A stretch of DNA of 50,856 nt, taken from NCBI GenBank assembly GCA_021432655.1, contig MU271523.1, positions 1 through 50,856 of the forward strand, given 5' to 3'. Made by a program: the position numbers and the translations under genes. Each line of letters starts with the position of its first letter. Positions within the stretch are counted from its first letter, which is position 1. The DNA is from Atractiella rhizophila. Its lineage: Eukaryota. The notes under the pieces were generated by a model, which saw only the letters and a list, made by a program, of their open reading frames with translations, made no database searches and had not been told where the DNA came from. Below are positions 29,099 to 40,723 of this stretch, piece after piece.

Positions 29099-30691
29099 AT
29101 GCCACTTACGATCAAGATGGATATGTCGCGACCACCAGGACCAGTTGCACGTCCAATAGGCTTACCATTTAGGATGGAACCTGCTAGCTCAACCCTGTCA
29201 AGAACGCGACAACAAACACTGCCTCTACGTTGGAACACTCTCTTTCGTGGTAGGTGTCTCCTGGAATGCGGGGGTCCCTTTTACGACTGATCCGTTGTAA
29301 GAACGAGTGCCGACAGAGCAGGAGACGGTGGAGGAATGGTTTCAACTTGGGATAGATACAAAAGCCCTTGCTGTCGCTGCATCCCTTGCAGCTGGTGAAG
29401 CCTCTCTACCAACCGTCAAGTTCGAAACAGTAGGAGGGTTCAACCATATCTATTCATTGACCTTTCCGTCTTCTCGAAAGCTGCTGGCTCGAATTCCGTC
29501 GACCATCAAGAAAACTACCTTCCTGTCAGCATGGAATCTGAAATAGCCACGATGACTTTCTTACGCGAGTGTCGACACGTTCCGACAAACACTGTTCTCG
29601 CCTGGAACTGTTGTCGATCTAATCCTGTTGGCGTGCCATACATCATCACTGATTGGCTCGATGGCCAGTTGGCATCATTGCAATGGCGAAGGTGGACAGA
29701 GTCTCAGCAAAAGCATTTTCTGGCGCACTTGGCGAAGTGGCAGTATAATGCTTTCTTTGCTCACCTGCCGAAGCATCTCAATTAGTATGGAAACCTGTTT
29801 TTTGACCAAAGCAAGATTTCCAATGGATCAGATCCTTTGACTTATCACATTGGATCGTACGTCCGACGTCAAGACGACCTTCACCGCAGCGGCAAGGTAG
29901 AATTGCGTTGGGAATATCAGTCCAATATCGATTTTGTCGGTTTCCTAAGGAGAAATTTTGAACGCGAAAAGCACCGGATTCTTTCAATGTGGAAAGGCAT
30001 AGATCCTCAAGAAGTGATTGTAGGCTTCGAGGGAGATACCCAACCCGCTGCCATGTATTTTCTCTCAGGAGGCGCGACATTGGCTGACGTTCTGGCTGTT
30101 GCCGAATCCCTTGAGAGTCTTTTAGACAATCTTCAATGTCCTCCTATCTTCGACGAGTTTTCTTCTGCTGCATTCATGTTGAACGATTTTGCCTTGAGAA
30201 ACGTCCTTGTCGATGATTCGGGCACATTTCTGCCTTTCTCGATTGGGACAACGTGCGGATCATGCCTCAAATGTTCTGTGTCGGCTTTTTCGATGAAATC
30301 TGCGACACGGCAATTCCCCCTCCAGGCTGGATCCAAACCACTGGAGGATTTCCCTTCGCTCCTCCCGAGAAATGGATAACCGAAGAAAATGCATGGGTGA
30401 TGGAGGGCTCAGTAGCATCTGATCCGCTGCGCGATACAGACCGTCAAAAGTTCGAGGAGAAGTACATGTTCAGAGGCACAATTGAACAGGGCATCAGAAA
30501 TCAGAAATCGGGAAATGCGGAACTTCTACAAAGAGGCACTCTGCAAACTGGACCCTCGAATCAACACACATTTTTGGTCCGCGAGAGAGGATCTTCTAAA
30601 GTTACAATATGTTGTGCTGGGTGGATGGTGTACGTGGCTTCGGAAGAAAGAGTGGATTCGAAAACGGGCTCAAGAAAGTAGTAAATGGTGA
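29099..30691 (+). pseudogene. Aminoglycoside phosphotransferase/choline kinase-like (APH-family) pseudogene
   Basis: Motifs GGFNHIY, LLARIP, MESEIATM, NPVGVPYII, NDFALRNVLV and FLDWD lie in different frames. Lesions: frameshift ~29495-29530, in-frame TAG at 29783-29785, frameshift ~30224-30230, and a 7-bp duplication at 30493-30506. Confidence 0.82.
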
Positions 30692-31442
30692 AATATGAAG
30701 ATACATCTAGTCATAGCATCCCCAAGTTATTTCTTTGCCTTCTGCTCATTTGGACTCCTCTTACCTTCCCGCTCTATCATGAAATCATTTTTGCACGTGT
30801 GCGTTCACGTAAACTTGTAAACTCATTCCTTGATGACCTTAACAGAACCAACCACCAGCAAGGGTGCAACATCACTTGTAGTCACCGCAACACTTCTTCC
30901 TGCGTTGATCACCGTTCAGACCTTCTGTAGCAGCTGAGGCAGAGTTATAAATTTGCAGAGGAAATGATCCCTTGCTGCTCCTTGTTGAAGACGATCTAAA
31001 CTCGAAGTTTGATATTTCAACGATCAGTACGTCCTTTTCCAATGTAGCAATGTCTGGTGATGGATGAGGTCTGCGAGGTCTGAGCTATGCAACTTGAGGC
31101 TCCTTTCTTGCCTTGGCAGCTACCTTGCGCTTTGCATTTGCCAAACCAAGTTTTATGTACATATACCTCTCAATAGTGAAGCGCTGTAGATTGGAGAGAT
31201 CATCTACTTTGCTCGTTACAGCATAACCTGCACTTTCAGTTTGTTGTATAGGCGAGAAGTTGCTTTCCGGGGCTCTCCGCTCAAGGTCATGCCGCCACCA
31301 AGGTCAAGCTGAATGAAGGTTTATTTCCTCGTGAACTATTAACCAGCTCCTGATTTCTTCCTAATACTTCTGCTCAGAATTCGAAGTATTATTTCACGTC
31401 CTGGACCAAACCTGACACGTTCACATTAGGTGATTTTGCAAC

Positions 31443-32926
31443 ATGGCGGAAGGGTACATCTCTGCGCTCACGCTCATCTCACTCACGACCGTTTCCCTCT
31501 ACACTCTTACAACATTTTACTCGTACCTATCACGTCCTTCCGCGCCATCACCACCTCCTATTCTCTCGGGAGAGTTGCATACCACCAAGATCGCCATGCC
31601 GGAGGATAATTTGGAAGAAGCGAGGGAGAGGCGAGCCGTATTCTACGTGCCGGAGGACGTGCAGAAAGAGAAAGAGAAAGAGAAGGGAGAGAAACCAGCG
31701 CTCTTGATTTATTTGCACGGAAGCACGGAGAATGGAGAGCAATCCAGAAGTTCAACGACAAGGTGTGTCTATGGAATCCCTCTCAGCATCGAGACGATGG
31801 ACATTCGTTGATTGTGACACAGATACGAGTACGATGTCCAGGCTACTATCCTAAGCAAACGTTCTGGGAAAAGGGGATGGATAGTTGCATATCCAGATGG
31901 GTACAAAGGTGTAAGTCACTATTGCTTATACTGCTGACGAATCTGACCTGCTTTTATGTCGTGGTCCCAAAGTACTGGAATGACTTGCGCCGTTCCAATC
32001 TGCCACCACAGAAAGACGATGTGCACGACTCCCTGTTCCTCTTCCGCCTCATTCAACATGCTATAGAGACCTACAACGTCTCCCCATCCCACATCTTCCT
32101 CACCGGGTTCTCGAATGGAGGTCAGATGTGTTTGCGCCTAGTGCAGGAGCTCGGTGCTGTTCCGCACTCCGCAAGTCATCCTTCTTCGAACAAGGACGAC
32201 GCAAACCCTCGTATACGAGCCATCGCTCTACACTCAACTACTCTACCCCATCATTCCAACTTGCGCTCTCCTGAACCGATAGCTGAAGATCCTGAGCCAA
32301 AACTCTGTCCGATCATCATGTGCAACGGAACGGCTGACCCTGTCACTCCTTACCGCGGGGGAGAGACAGCATTCATTGGGACTTTTAGGAGCATCGGACT
32401 CTTGTTTGGAAGGCGTGGGAGAATGAGAGGTGTCATGGACAGTGCAGAGGAGTTCGCTCTCGGGTGGAGAAGAGAGTTGAAGCGTTTATCGTCGATAGGT
32501 GCTCAAGGGGAAGGTCACGAGAGCGCAAAATTGCGACGAAGGGAGAGATCTTGTGATATCGTCCAGCAGAAGCATAGGAACCAGGTTTACATTACGGAAT
32601 GGTATGAAGAGTACCTGGAGGAAGATGAATTGGAGTTGGGAGCTGGGGATCGGAGGAGCAGGAGCAGGAGCGTAATAAGTGTGGACTGGGAGAGGGCGGA
32701 ATTAGAAAGGAGGAAGGAGGGGAAGTCGTTAGTTAAGTGCATAGTTGTGAAAGGGGACGGTCATAATGTTGCTCTTAGTTCCGGTGGGAGACGACTGCCA
32801 GTGCGTTCCTCTTCGTCTCGACGCATTCTTTGACTTATTACTTGATAGTTGGTCATGGGACCTCAATTGCAAGCACTCAATGCACCAAAGGCCGTCATGG
32901 AATTTTTTGACCAGTTCTTGGATTAA
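31443..32926 (+). CDS. Alpha/beta-hydrolase, LpqC / PHB-depolymerase-like esterase with an N-terminal hydrophobic anchor
   Basis: LLIYLHGS, WIVAYPDG..YWND, nucleophile elbow IFLTGFSNGG, NGTADP (acid) and GDGH (His); three GT-AG introns; stop at 32924-32926. Confidence 0.85.
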
Positions 32927-33329
32927 TGAGCATTCGACTTTCGACTTCCTTTTACGCGTTTTGTTAGTTTCATGAGTTCAGTTACGTTTCTGTATGATCC
33001 CATATACCCTCAACACTGAAAGTCTGCCTGCGGAAGCTTCCCATGTCTATCATGTCCATATTTTGCACAATATACATAATGTACCAATCTAGGGGCAATA
33101 ATATGAAGCGTAATGCAAGGTTAGAAATTGAAACTCGATTGAAACTGATATTGAAATCCTGATATTGAATAGGTGCAAACATGATAGTGAGTAAATGACT
33201 AAATCTGAGTTATTTGTAACAACAGTGAGAACATATGCACGAAATGTTGGAGTTGTTTCATGTCAGATTATTTATATAGACGAACAAAGAACATCTATGT
33301 GAAAGTCGAGACTCAAATACTTGAAAAGG

Positions 33330-36300
33330 TTATCGTCTCCGTTTAGTCGTATGTGAGGCCTGAGAGGTCTGGGATTGCTTCTCCATGAACTGCCTCAGTT
33401 CTTGTCGATCAACTTTAGCGATGAAGTACGTTCCTGCTTTATCGGTCCAACTGACATGCTGCTTGGCATACTCGAGGGGGGGACTCTGCATCAAGATGGC
33501 TTCGACGGAGTTGCATTTGTAAAGGGACAGCTTGAAGTCGGTCGCCTTGAATGGTTGCAGCGAGACAATCATCGCTCCTTCGCGAAGGTCGAGAAAGCGG
33601 TCGGCGATGGAGCGGTTGAGAGTCGCAGAGAACACTTGGTTGTTACACAACTGTTCAAAGGCATTAAACCTCGCACGGGCTTGGAGAAACTGATACTAAC
33701 GATAACATCAGCACGTTGCATAACTTCCCCTAAGCTCTCGCTCGTCACAATGTCGTCTTCCCTCGCTTCCACTTGGCCACCTCTCACACCCCACATCTTC
33801 CATCTCTTCCGTGCTTCCTCCACTTGTAGTGAGCCTAGAGATGCCGTGCTGCTCAGGTTCTCATAACCGTAGGCTTCGCAACCAGTCCTTTATGAAACAG
33901 TTAGGATTTGGTTATTCGAGAAAGTTAGAGACATCGTACGCGAGTGCAGCCTGGATTGTGCAATTGCTTACTCCAGAACCGAGGTCGACAAACACCATTC
34001 CTTCCCTGAGCCCTGTCTGAGAGAAAATCTTTTCCAAAAAGTTTGGGAGTAGCTCTCCATACACATTATTAGACCACGACTCGTACTTCTTCAGTTCCCC
34101 GACGTTTGGACCAATGGTTCTTTCATAAGTTTGATCTGCTATCGGTTCCCAAAGAGATCGTGGTAGCCCATTCATCTTCTGGATGTTTTCTTTTAGGGAG
34201 CCACTTTCTTTCAGCTTACGCATGGTGCGATTATACCACTCAACAGTACTTGTGAACGCAACGCCGTCTTGAGCAAGATATGCCCGGTCCAGTTGATCCA
34301 ATAAAGGTATGGGGCACTCAGAGGTGGTCGAGCCTTCCAGCTGGGAATATCCAAAGTGATCGAAAGCTTGTTCTGCCGTAAGGAAAAATTGCAAGACGAG
34401 TGAGATTACCCTTCGAAGATCGAGAATCGGGTGATATTCGTAACCATCGTGCGCCGTTGGGTGGACCAGAATGAAGCTGCATCCGGTGAACGTCCTTAAG
34501 ATGGCTGATGAAACGGGGCCATGATGACTTACAGCTCTGATGCACCTATTGCAGGGTATTCTAGGACCACTTCTGGAGCATAAAGCTCTGCATCAATGCC
34601 AGCGCTGTATCCTTTGCGGAACCCTGACGAGACCATGAGATGAAGGGAGGGCGGGGAACGCAACAACGACGCACAATTCCTGAAGCCACTTGGATTTCTT
34701 TCCACTAACCAAGCGGCACCGTACACTTCCCTGCCGACTGCCAACAGTTCATCCACAGTTGATGGATCCGCTGAGACGTCTCGCTCAACTCTCCAGTCCA
34801 CGAGATCTGTCTCGTCCCAGAAAATATCGTTAACGAGCATTGGTGTCGTGCTCCTCGACTTGCGAGCGATGAGAGACAGTGGAGGGACCTTTGACGGAGC
34901 TTTCCTCGTTCCGAAAGAAGTTCGTTTCTTGGTCAAGACACGTTTTTTAGATATCTTTTTCAGCGCCGAACGCGGTTTGATCTTGATGTCAAGATCCCAT
35001 GGCTCTTGTTCCTCTAGTTCCTCCGTTTTCCTGGAGCAACCAGCAGGCGGAGAAAGCTCAGGAAGACCAGGAGTAGAGAGAGAAGACTGAGGACTGAAAA
35101 TGACACGTCGACTTTGCCTGCTGCATTGCCATAAGGGTAAGTCATCGTCAGAATCGTCTTCTGTGCTAAATTCTTCTTCCAATGTAGCATTTTGAGGTTG
35201 ATTCTGGATCACAAAGGGCAAGGGGTCATGTTCAGTTTCTTCTCCCGCAGAATTCGAGGCGAACATCTCAGCGGAAAGAGTCCCGTAAGGTTGTGGACCG
35301 TCAGACTGGAGTTCGCTTTCTGAAAATTGTGAGACTTCCAAACCAGTTTTGAATTTCTTCATTGGTGGCTCCGGTTCCTCTGACGACGAACGAGAGCGTG
35401 GGTTCCTGAACCTCTTTCGAATCGACGGTGTAGAAGCAGTTGGAGAGACATCAGTAGCGTCATTAGTGATTCGATATTGTGTAGAGGCCTGCACCTTCCT
35501 GGTGGTCTTGCGTTTCATCTGCCTTGGTCCCAGATCGACGCAGGCATCCGAAGAACGATCATCATCCTCTGGACTGGAATCTTTCGGGAGGTCAGCCAAT
35601 GGTTGAAAGAGGGCTAAGAACGCTTCCTCGAACTCGTCCACCGTAGCTGAAGCAGACGCTAAATCTCTGTCGCAGACAGTGAATCCCCCGCTCGCCTTCT
35701 GGGTGGGTTCCACAGCGACTACCACCTTTGGTGGAGCGATATCAGATTCTGAGATTGGCATCTCAATTACTGTCGCTGCTTGATTACAAGAAGGGGATGA
35801 GATATTCTTGTCAGAATTGCCGCCGTCGACTGGAGTCTGCGTTAAGTCGCCTTGCCATCCATCTCGCCCAGATACAGACGTTCTGCTAACCAAATGGCGT
35901 TCTTTAACGCAGTGGGAACACGACGGATCGTCCTGATCATGTGTATTATTGGAGGGCTGCAGCTCGCAAGTAGCTTGCAGTGCAGCTGTCGGAACTGGAG
36001 GAGGTAACTTGTCCATGGGCGATAGAACTTGCCGACCGTGAAGAAATCTGGTGTCATGAGCTCGAGGCAAAGATGTGACGTGCGGATGTGCAGTAGTTTC
36101 CAGATCGGGCGAACTGGAACTGCCCTCCGACTGTGGAGCGGTAGATTTCAGTGGTAATTCGCTGGTTAAGGAGTGGGAGGCGACAGGACGGTGTATTGGA
36201 TCACTGGCTTGCGCTGTCACTTCACTTCGTGGTCTAACACGATTCTTCGCAAAGTGGGTTAAGCGGACTGTTTTACCGCCAAAAGGCTTGTCACTAAGAT

Positions 36301-39300
36301 GCACTATACAAGCGTTAGAACGGTCATTACGGAGCAAACTCTGCTCACTGATAACGTCGTCAGCGACCTTGAAGTTCAAAAACTCAGCGGTTGCCTTTCC
36401 TTGATACGTCCTCCTGAGATAACTTTCATCACCCTCATCTTTCGTTTGACGATGGGATGTATCGTGTTTTAGTTTGACACGCCGTACATTCCCATTGCCA
36501 GCTACAGTACTTAACCACTGGAGAAGTTCAACTTCTAAGGTCTTCGTGTAAGGCCCAAGCTATTCACACCATTAGTTTAGATAGATGGATAAGAAAAATC
36601 TCGATTACCTCCAAAACGTTAACTGGAATCCAATCATGACGATGAGTTTGAGGTTCAAATCCAGTCCGTTCAAGCGGAGAATAATTGTTGTCCCAAGCTG
36701 AACCCCTGGCGCGGGGCTTGATCATAGAACTTAGTTGCCTTGAGGGCTGATGCCCAATGGCTCCTGATTGAACACTCGCCTCATGTATCTTTTCCCGGGC
36801 GGATCTGTCCTGTGGAATCCAACTCCCGCCTCTCGACCCCTTCCAGCCACTTGGCCGCCCTGAGGTTGACAAAGGCGACGAAGAGTTCACGTTCGTAAGA
36901 CCATGGTTCAGATTTACGTTTGAGTCGACATAAACGGCGTGACGTTCAGCTGTGACCGGCAAACTGCAGGGCACGGTATTGTTAGCAATTAGCCCTTTGT
37001 TAGATATGTCGCTGCTGCGCTTAGAAGGATAAAGATTTCTTTGTTGGCCTGTTGTCAATGGCGCAGGCGTACTAGACCCCACGGACGGTGGTAGTACGGG
37101 AGTGCTAGTTGATTTCGAAGAAAGAGAAGGTTTCGGAGGGAAGGAATTGTTGGACTGCTGCTTGCTCTGACTGCTAATACAATGTGTACGGCCGATATCG
37201 CTACACGATTCGTTGGCAGCGGCATCCACACTGCGATGATTGACAGAAGGTAGCTGCCCAGACGGTTCAAAACTTCCCAAAGGACCGTTCGTCGTAGTGA
37301 GGACAGCATGAGTTCTGTCTTGTTTCTCGTGCAACCTGGCTGAACCAGGCTGTGCCAGCCTTGAATGCGGCACTTTCGATTGACTAGTTGTATGAGTTAC
37401 TGGGATGGACGCAACGATATTCGGCTGCCGAGGTGCAGAGAGAGCTGTGATCCTTGAAGGTTCGTGAGGAGGAGAATTGCGCAATATGGAGGGAGGTTTC
37501 GGTGTTGAATCTGCATTTTCAGTAGATTTGATGGGTTCCATGCCAGCATGATGCTTGTCCGTACCACGAGCCAAACTCGTTTCGCTCACAAAACTCATGG
37601 TTGGAGGCTGGAGCATTGCTTGAGCTTTAAGCAGAGATGTGAGAAGGGAGTGCTTACACCTACAACCTCAATCTGAGCGTTTTCTGTCGCCGATCCCGAC
37701 GAAATGGACTGCAGATTCGATTGCATATTACTCTTAGGTGTGAGAGGGTCGGAACAATGCAGACCGTGGGTACCGGCGTGATCGGCGTCACAGTTGATTC
37801 TTGATTCCCTTCTTTCTTGCTCCTCGTGTTGGTGCCTCTATGGAAGGGTTCAATCACACGCATCGCCTTTAAAGAATGACCTACATATTCTCTTCTGCTT
37901 CGAGTACTCGTGATCTCTTCGTCCTTATCAGCACGACGAAACCGACCACTCTCATGCACCCTATCTGTGCCCCTGCTGGAATCCCTATGAGCACTGCGGT
38001 GGCGATAGTACTCTTCGGGAGACCTCTTTCTTTCATGTCGAGAAGATGTTCTTCTATCGCTTCCTACAGGACGAGAAGGTGAAGGAGGATGGAACCATCT
38101 ATCGTGCTCCCTTGAACGACGAACTGGCGAATCGTTGTAAAAATCAGGGGAATGCCGTCTGTCTCGCCCACGATCCCTTGAATAACTTCTGGAGCGACGT
38201 CTCCGTCTCCGAGGCTGATCGTCATCTGAACGGTTTCGAGATCTGAAGCGAGTAGGAGACCGTCGATACTCAGTGTCTCTCTCCCTTCGATCTCGACCTC
38301 TTTCTCTCGAACGACTCCGGTGGCTCCGCCTTTCCCTGCTTTCTCTTCTCCTCTCCCTCGACCTTCTCTCTGTCCTATCTTCCCTCTCCAGCTCCTCTCG
38401 CGACCTCTTCCGTTGCCTCTCTTCACGCTTTTCCTCCTGCTTCGCTGTTGAAGAACTAACAAAAGGCTTCGATGCGACATCACCCTCTTCTTTCTTCGTC
38501 CTACGCAGTGATATCGGATTAATCAGTTCTGTCTCAACTTCCCGTTCTGAATGTTGCTCTACGTTCTGAGACGTTAGCAAGGTCGTACCCACCTTCTCCG
38601 CACTCTGCTTCTCATCAACGGCGCCAATGGGAGAGGCACAACCATTCTCCGGAGAAGCGAGTTTGACAGGAGTCCGAATACTCGAGGAAGAAGGGAAGTC
38701 CTTTGGCTCTCCTGGGCCAGATGATAGTTTCGAATCGTCATTCGACGAAGCGATCGTGGAAACCGGCGGTAGTTCCTCAAGCTTTGGTTTAAGAGAGGTA
38801 GTCGATGCAACAAAGGGAGATCCAGTTGTTTGCCGCTTCGGAGGAGTAGTGACTGGTCGCGCTGAAGTGGGGGAAGAAGGCGGCCTGTTTGTGCTCCTTG
38901 GCTTCCCCTTTGCAAGTGCTGAAGGGAGGAGTCCTGCTGACGGTGGTTTCGTACTTGACGGTATCGATATCGATATGGGAACGGATGGAGTGGATGAAGA
39001 TTCTTTGAGAATGGAAGCGGGTTTGGTGACTTTCGGCGCAGATGCAGTAACGGTGAAACCGTAGGCGGAGAGGATGTCGGAAGTTGTTTCCTTCGGAGAA
39101 GAGTCGGGAGGATCCTTCTTCGCTGAAGAAAGTCGTATAAGCGTTAGTTCCCTTTCGCCCATCCCTCTCCCGACCTCCTTCTCCTTTCCACCTGCTTTCT
39201 CTGCCATCCCTCCCACCAAATCCTCCTTCAACTTCACCTCAAGGCCGTGCTCTCCCAGGTTAGTCGCCTTCACCATCGCCTTCCTTGCTTCAGCGCCGAA

Positions 39301-40239
39301 CCCCATCTTCACCTGCTCCACATCCACCTTCTCCTGTCTCCCCTTTCCTCCCGTAATAGCTGATGGCACATCCACAAAGTCCGAGTGCCTTTTCTCTCTC
39401 ACCACCGATTCCTTCAGCTCGTCATTCCTCCCTACCGCCATCCCATCCCCACTCCCACACGAAACATCATCGTAGACCATACGTTTCCTCATCCCCAATC
39501 GATTCAAGAGCGAAGGAGGCTTCCGATCTGTTATCGTTGGCTGTGACGGTTCCGAAAAAGCCACTGCTGGAAGATTGGAGGCTGTTGGATGTGGAAGACA
39601 AGGGAGTGGAGTCGGCACTTGCGATTGAGAGTTTGTAGCTAGAGGGACACTCCTCAAAGTTTGCAACTCTTCCTCGCCTTCGCTCTCCCATCGTGAACGC
39701 ACTAAACCATTGCGACCGCGTCCAGATGATGGAGGAGCGATTGACGTTTCGGAGCGGTGTGGTACCGTTCGCGGAGGTAGTAGCGGGGAGACTTTAGCTT
39801 TGAGAGAGGTGGGATTGGGCCGCATGGGTACTGCTGAATCACAAGGGAGAGGAGCAGCTGAAGAAACGGGCGAGAGTCTTGCTTGGAGAGACAGGGATGG
39901 CTTGGAAAGTGATGGTCCTGATATCGAGGCTTCGATGGAGAGAGACGTAGCCGACGTCTGCGATGAATGGACAGAGAGACGCTCTGAGAGCTTGATCATG
40001 TTTGTGTTTGGAGCGAACACACGCGACGGTGTCGGCGACGGACTCGTCTCAGAATCTGAATCCTCGTCATATTCAACCAGGGGAAGAACGCCCGTCCGCG
40101 TTCCTATCCTCCCCAATAATGTACTCAAACCCAAAGACGAACCCGAATGCATACCTTTGCTCGCAGCAGAACCCTTGATGTTTATACCCTGCGCCACAGA
40201 GGCGGAACCCTTGATATGTAGCCCATGGCGGTTATCCAT
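33330..40239 (-). CDS. DOT1: DOT1 histone H3K79 methyltransferase with a very long N-terminal extension (~2,100-2,200 aa spliced)
   Basis: C-terminal catalytic domain: QTYERTIGP, SNNVYGELLP, VFVDLGSGVSN, ADVILCNNQVF, LREGAMIVSLQPF, VSWT...YF. Upstream ORFs join in frame through introns 37884-37838, 37657-37608 and 36608-36560. Confidence is high for the DOT1 domain and moderate for the full fusion. Confidence 0.85.
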
Positions 40240-40368
40240 AGCCTATCCTAGCTATTTCCTAGCTGCCCCAGGTGGAAGTGCAGGCGAGAATGTGCAAAGG
40301 TCGTTTGCTCACTCGTGATACTGCGGCGGTCGGGTCTACCACAACTCCACCAAGAACCAAGAACTAAA

Positions 40369-40723
40369 ATGACCCGTGAGTGTTTTTCCCAGTCCAGCGA
40401 CGCAAGAGACGCTGTCTGATGTATACGATATGTGCAGGCGGAAATCAGCGCGAGCTTGACCGCCAAAAGGCGCAAAAGAAGGCTGCCGAACATGCGAAGA
40501 AGCCGAAAGAGTCCAATTCGAAGTTGGCGTCGAAGAAAGAGGCTGATGCTGCCATCATGAGAGAGAAACAAGCTGTGAGTAGTTTCTCTTCCCCTTCATG
40601 TGCTCTTTTGGAGTGGATAGTTAGTTGGTGGAGGGAGACAAGCAACTGATTACTGTCTTTTGGTGGGAGCAGAAGGCGGCGGCGGCTAAGAAGGAGGGTG
40701 AGGCTAAGGGAGGAGGGAAATAA
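40369..40723 (+). CDS. SERF / 4F5 (small EDRK-rich factor) family protein, three exons
   Basis: Exon 1 ATGACCC (40369-40375) and intron 40376-40437 give MTRGNQRELDRQKAQKK...DAAIMREKQA; the last exon ends KKEGEAKGGGK with TAA at 40721-40723. Confidence 0.92.

Noticed and set aside
29498..29529. 32-nt GT-AG intron that would repair the first APH frameshift
   Set aside because: Shorter than every other intron modelled here, deletes the usual spacer between RIP and ESE, and three other lesions remain.
38046..40318. Several long + strand ORFs (e.g. 39710..40318, 38627..39064)
   Set aside because: Antisense shadows of the low-complexity DOT1 N-terminal exon.
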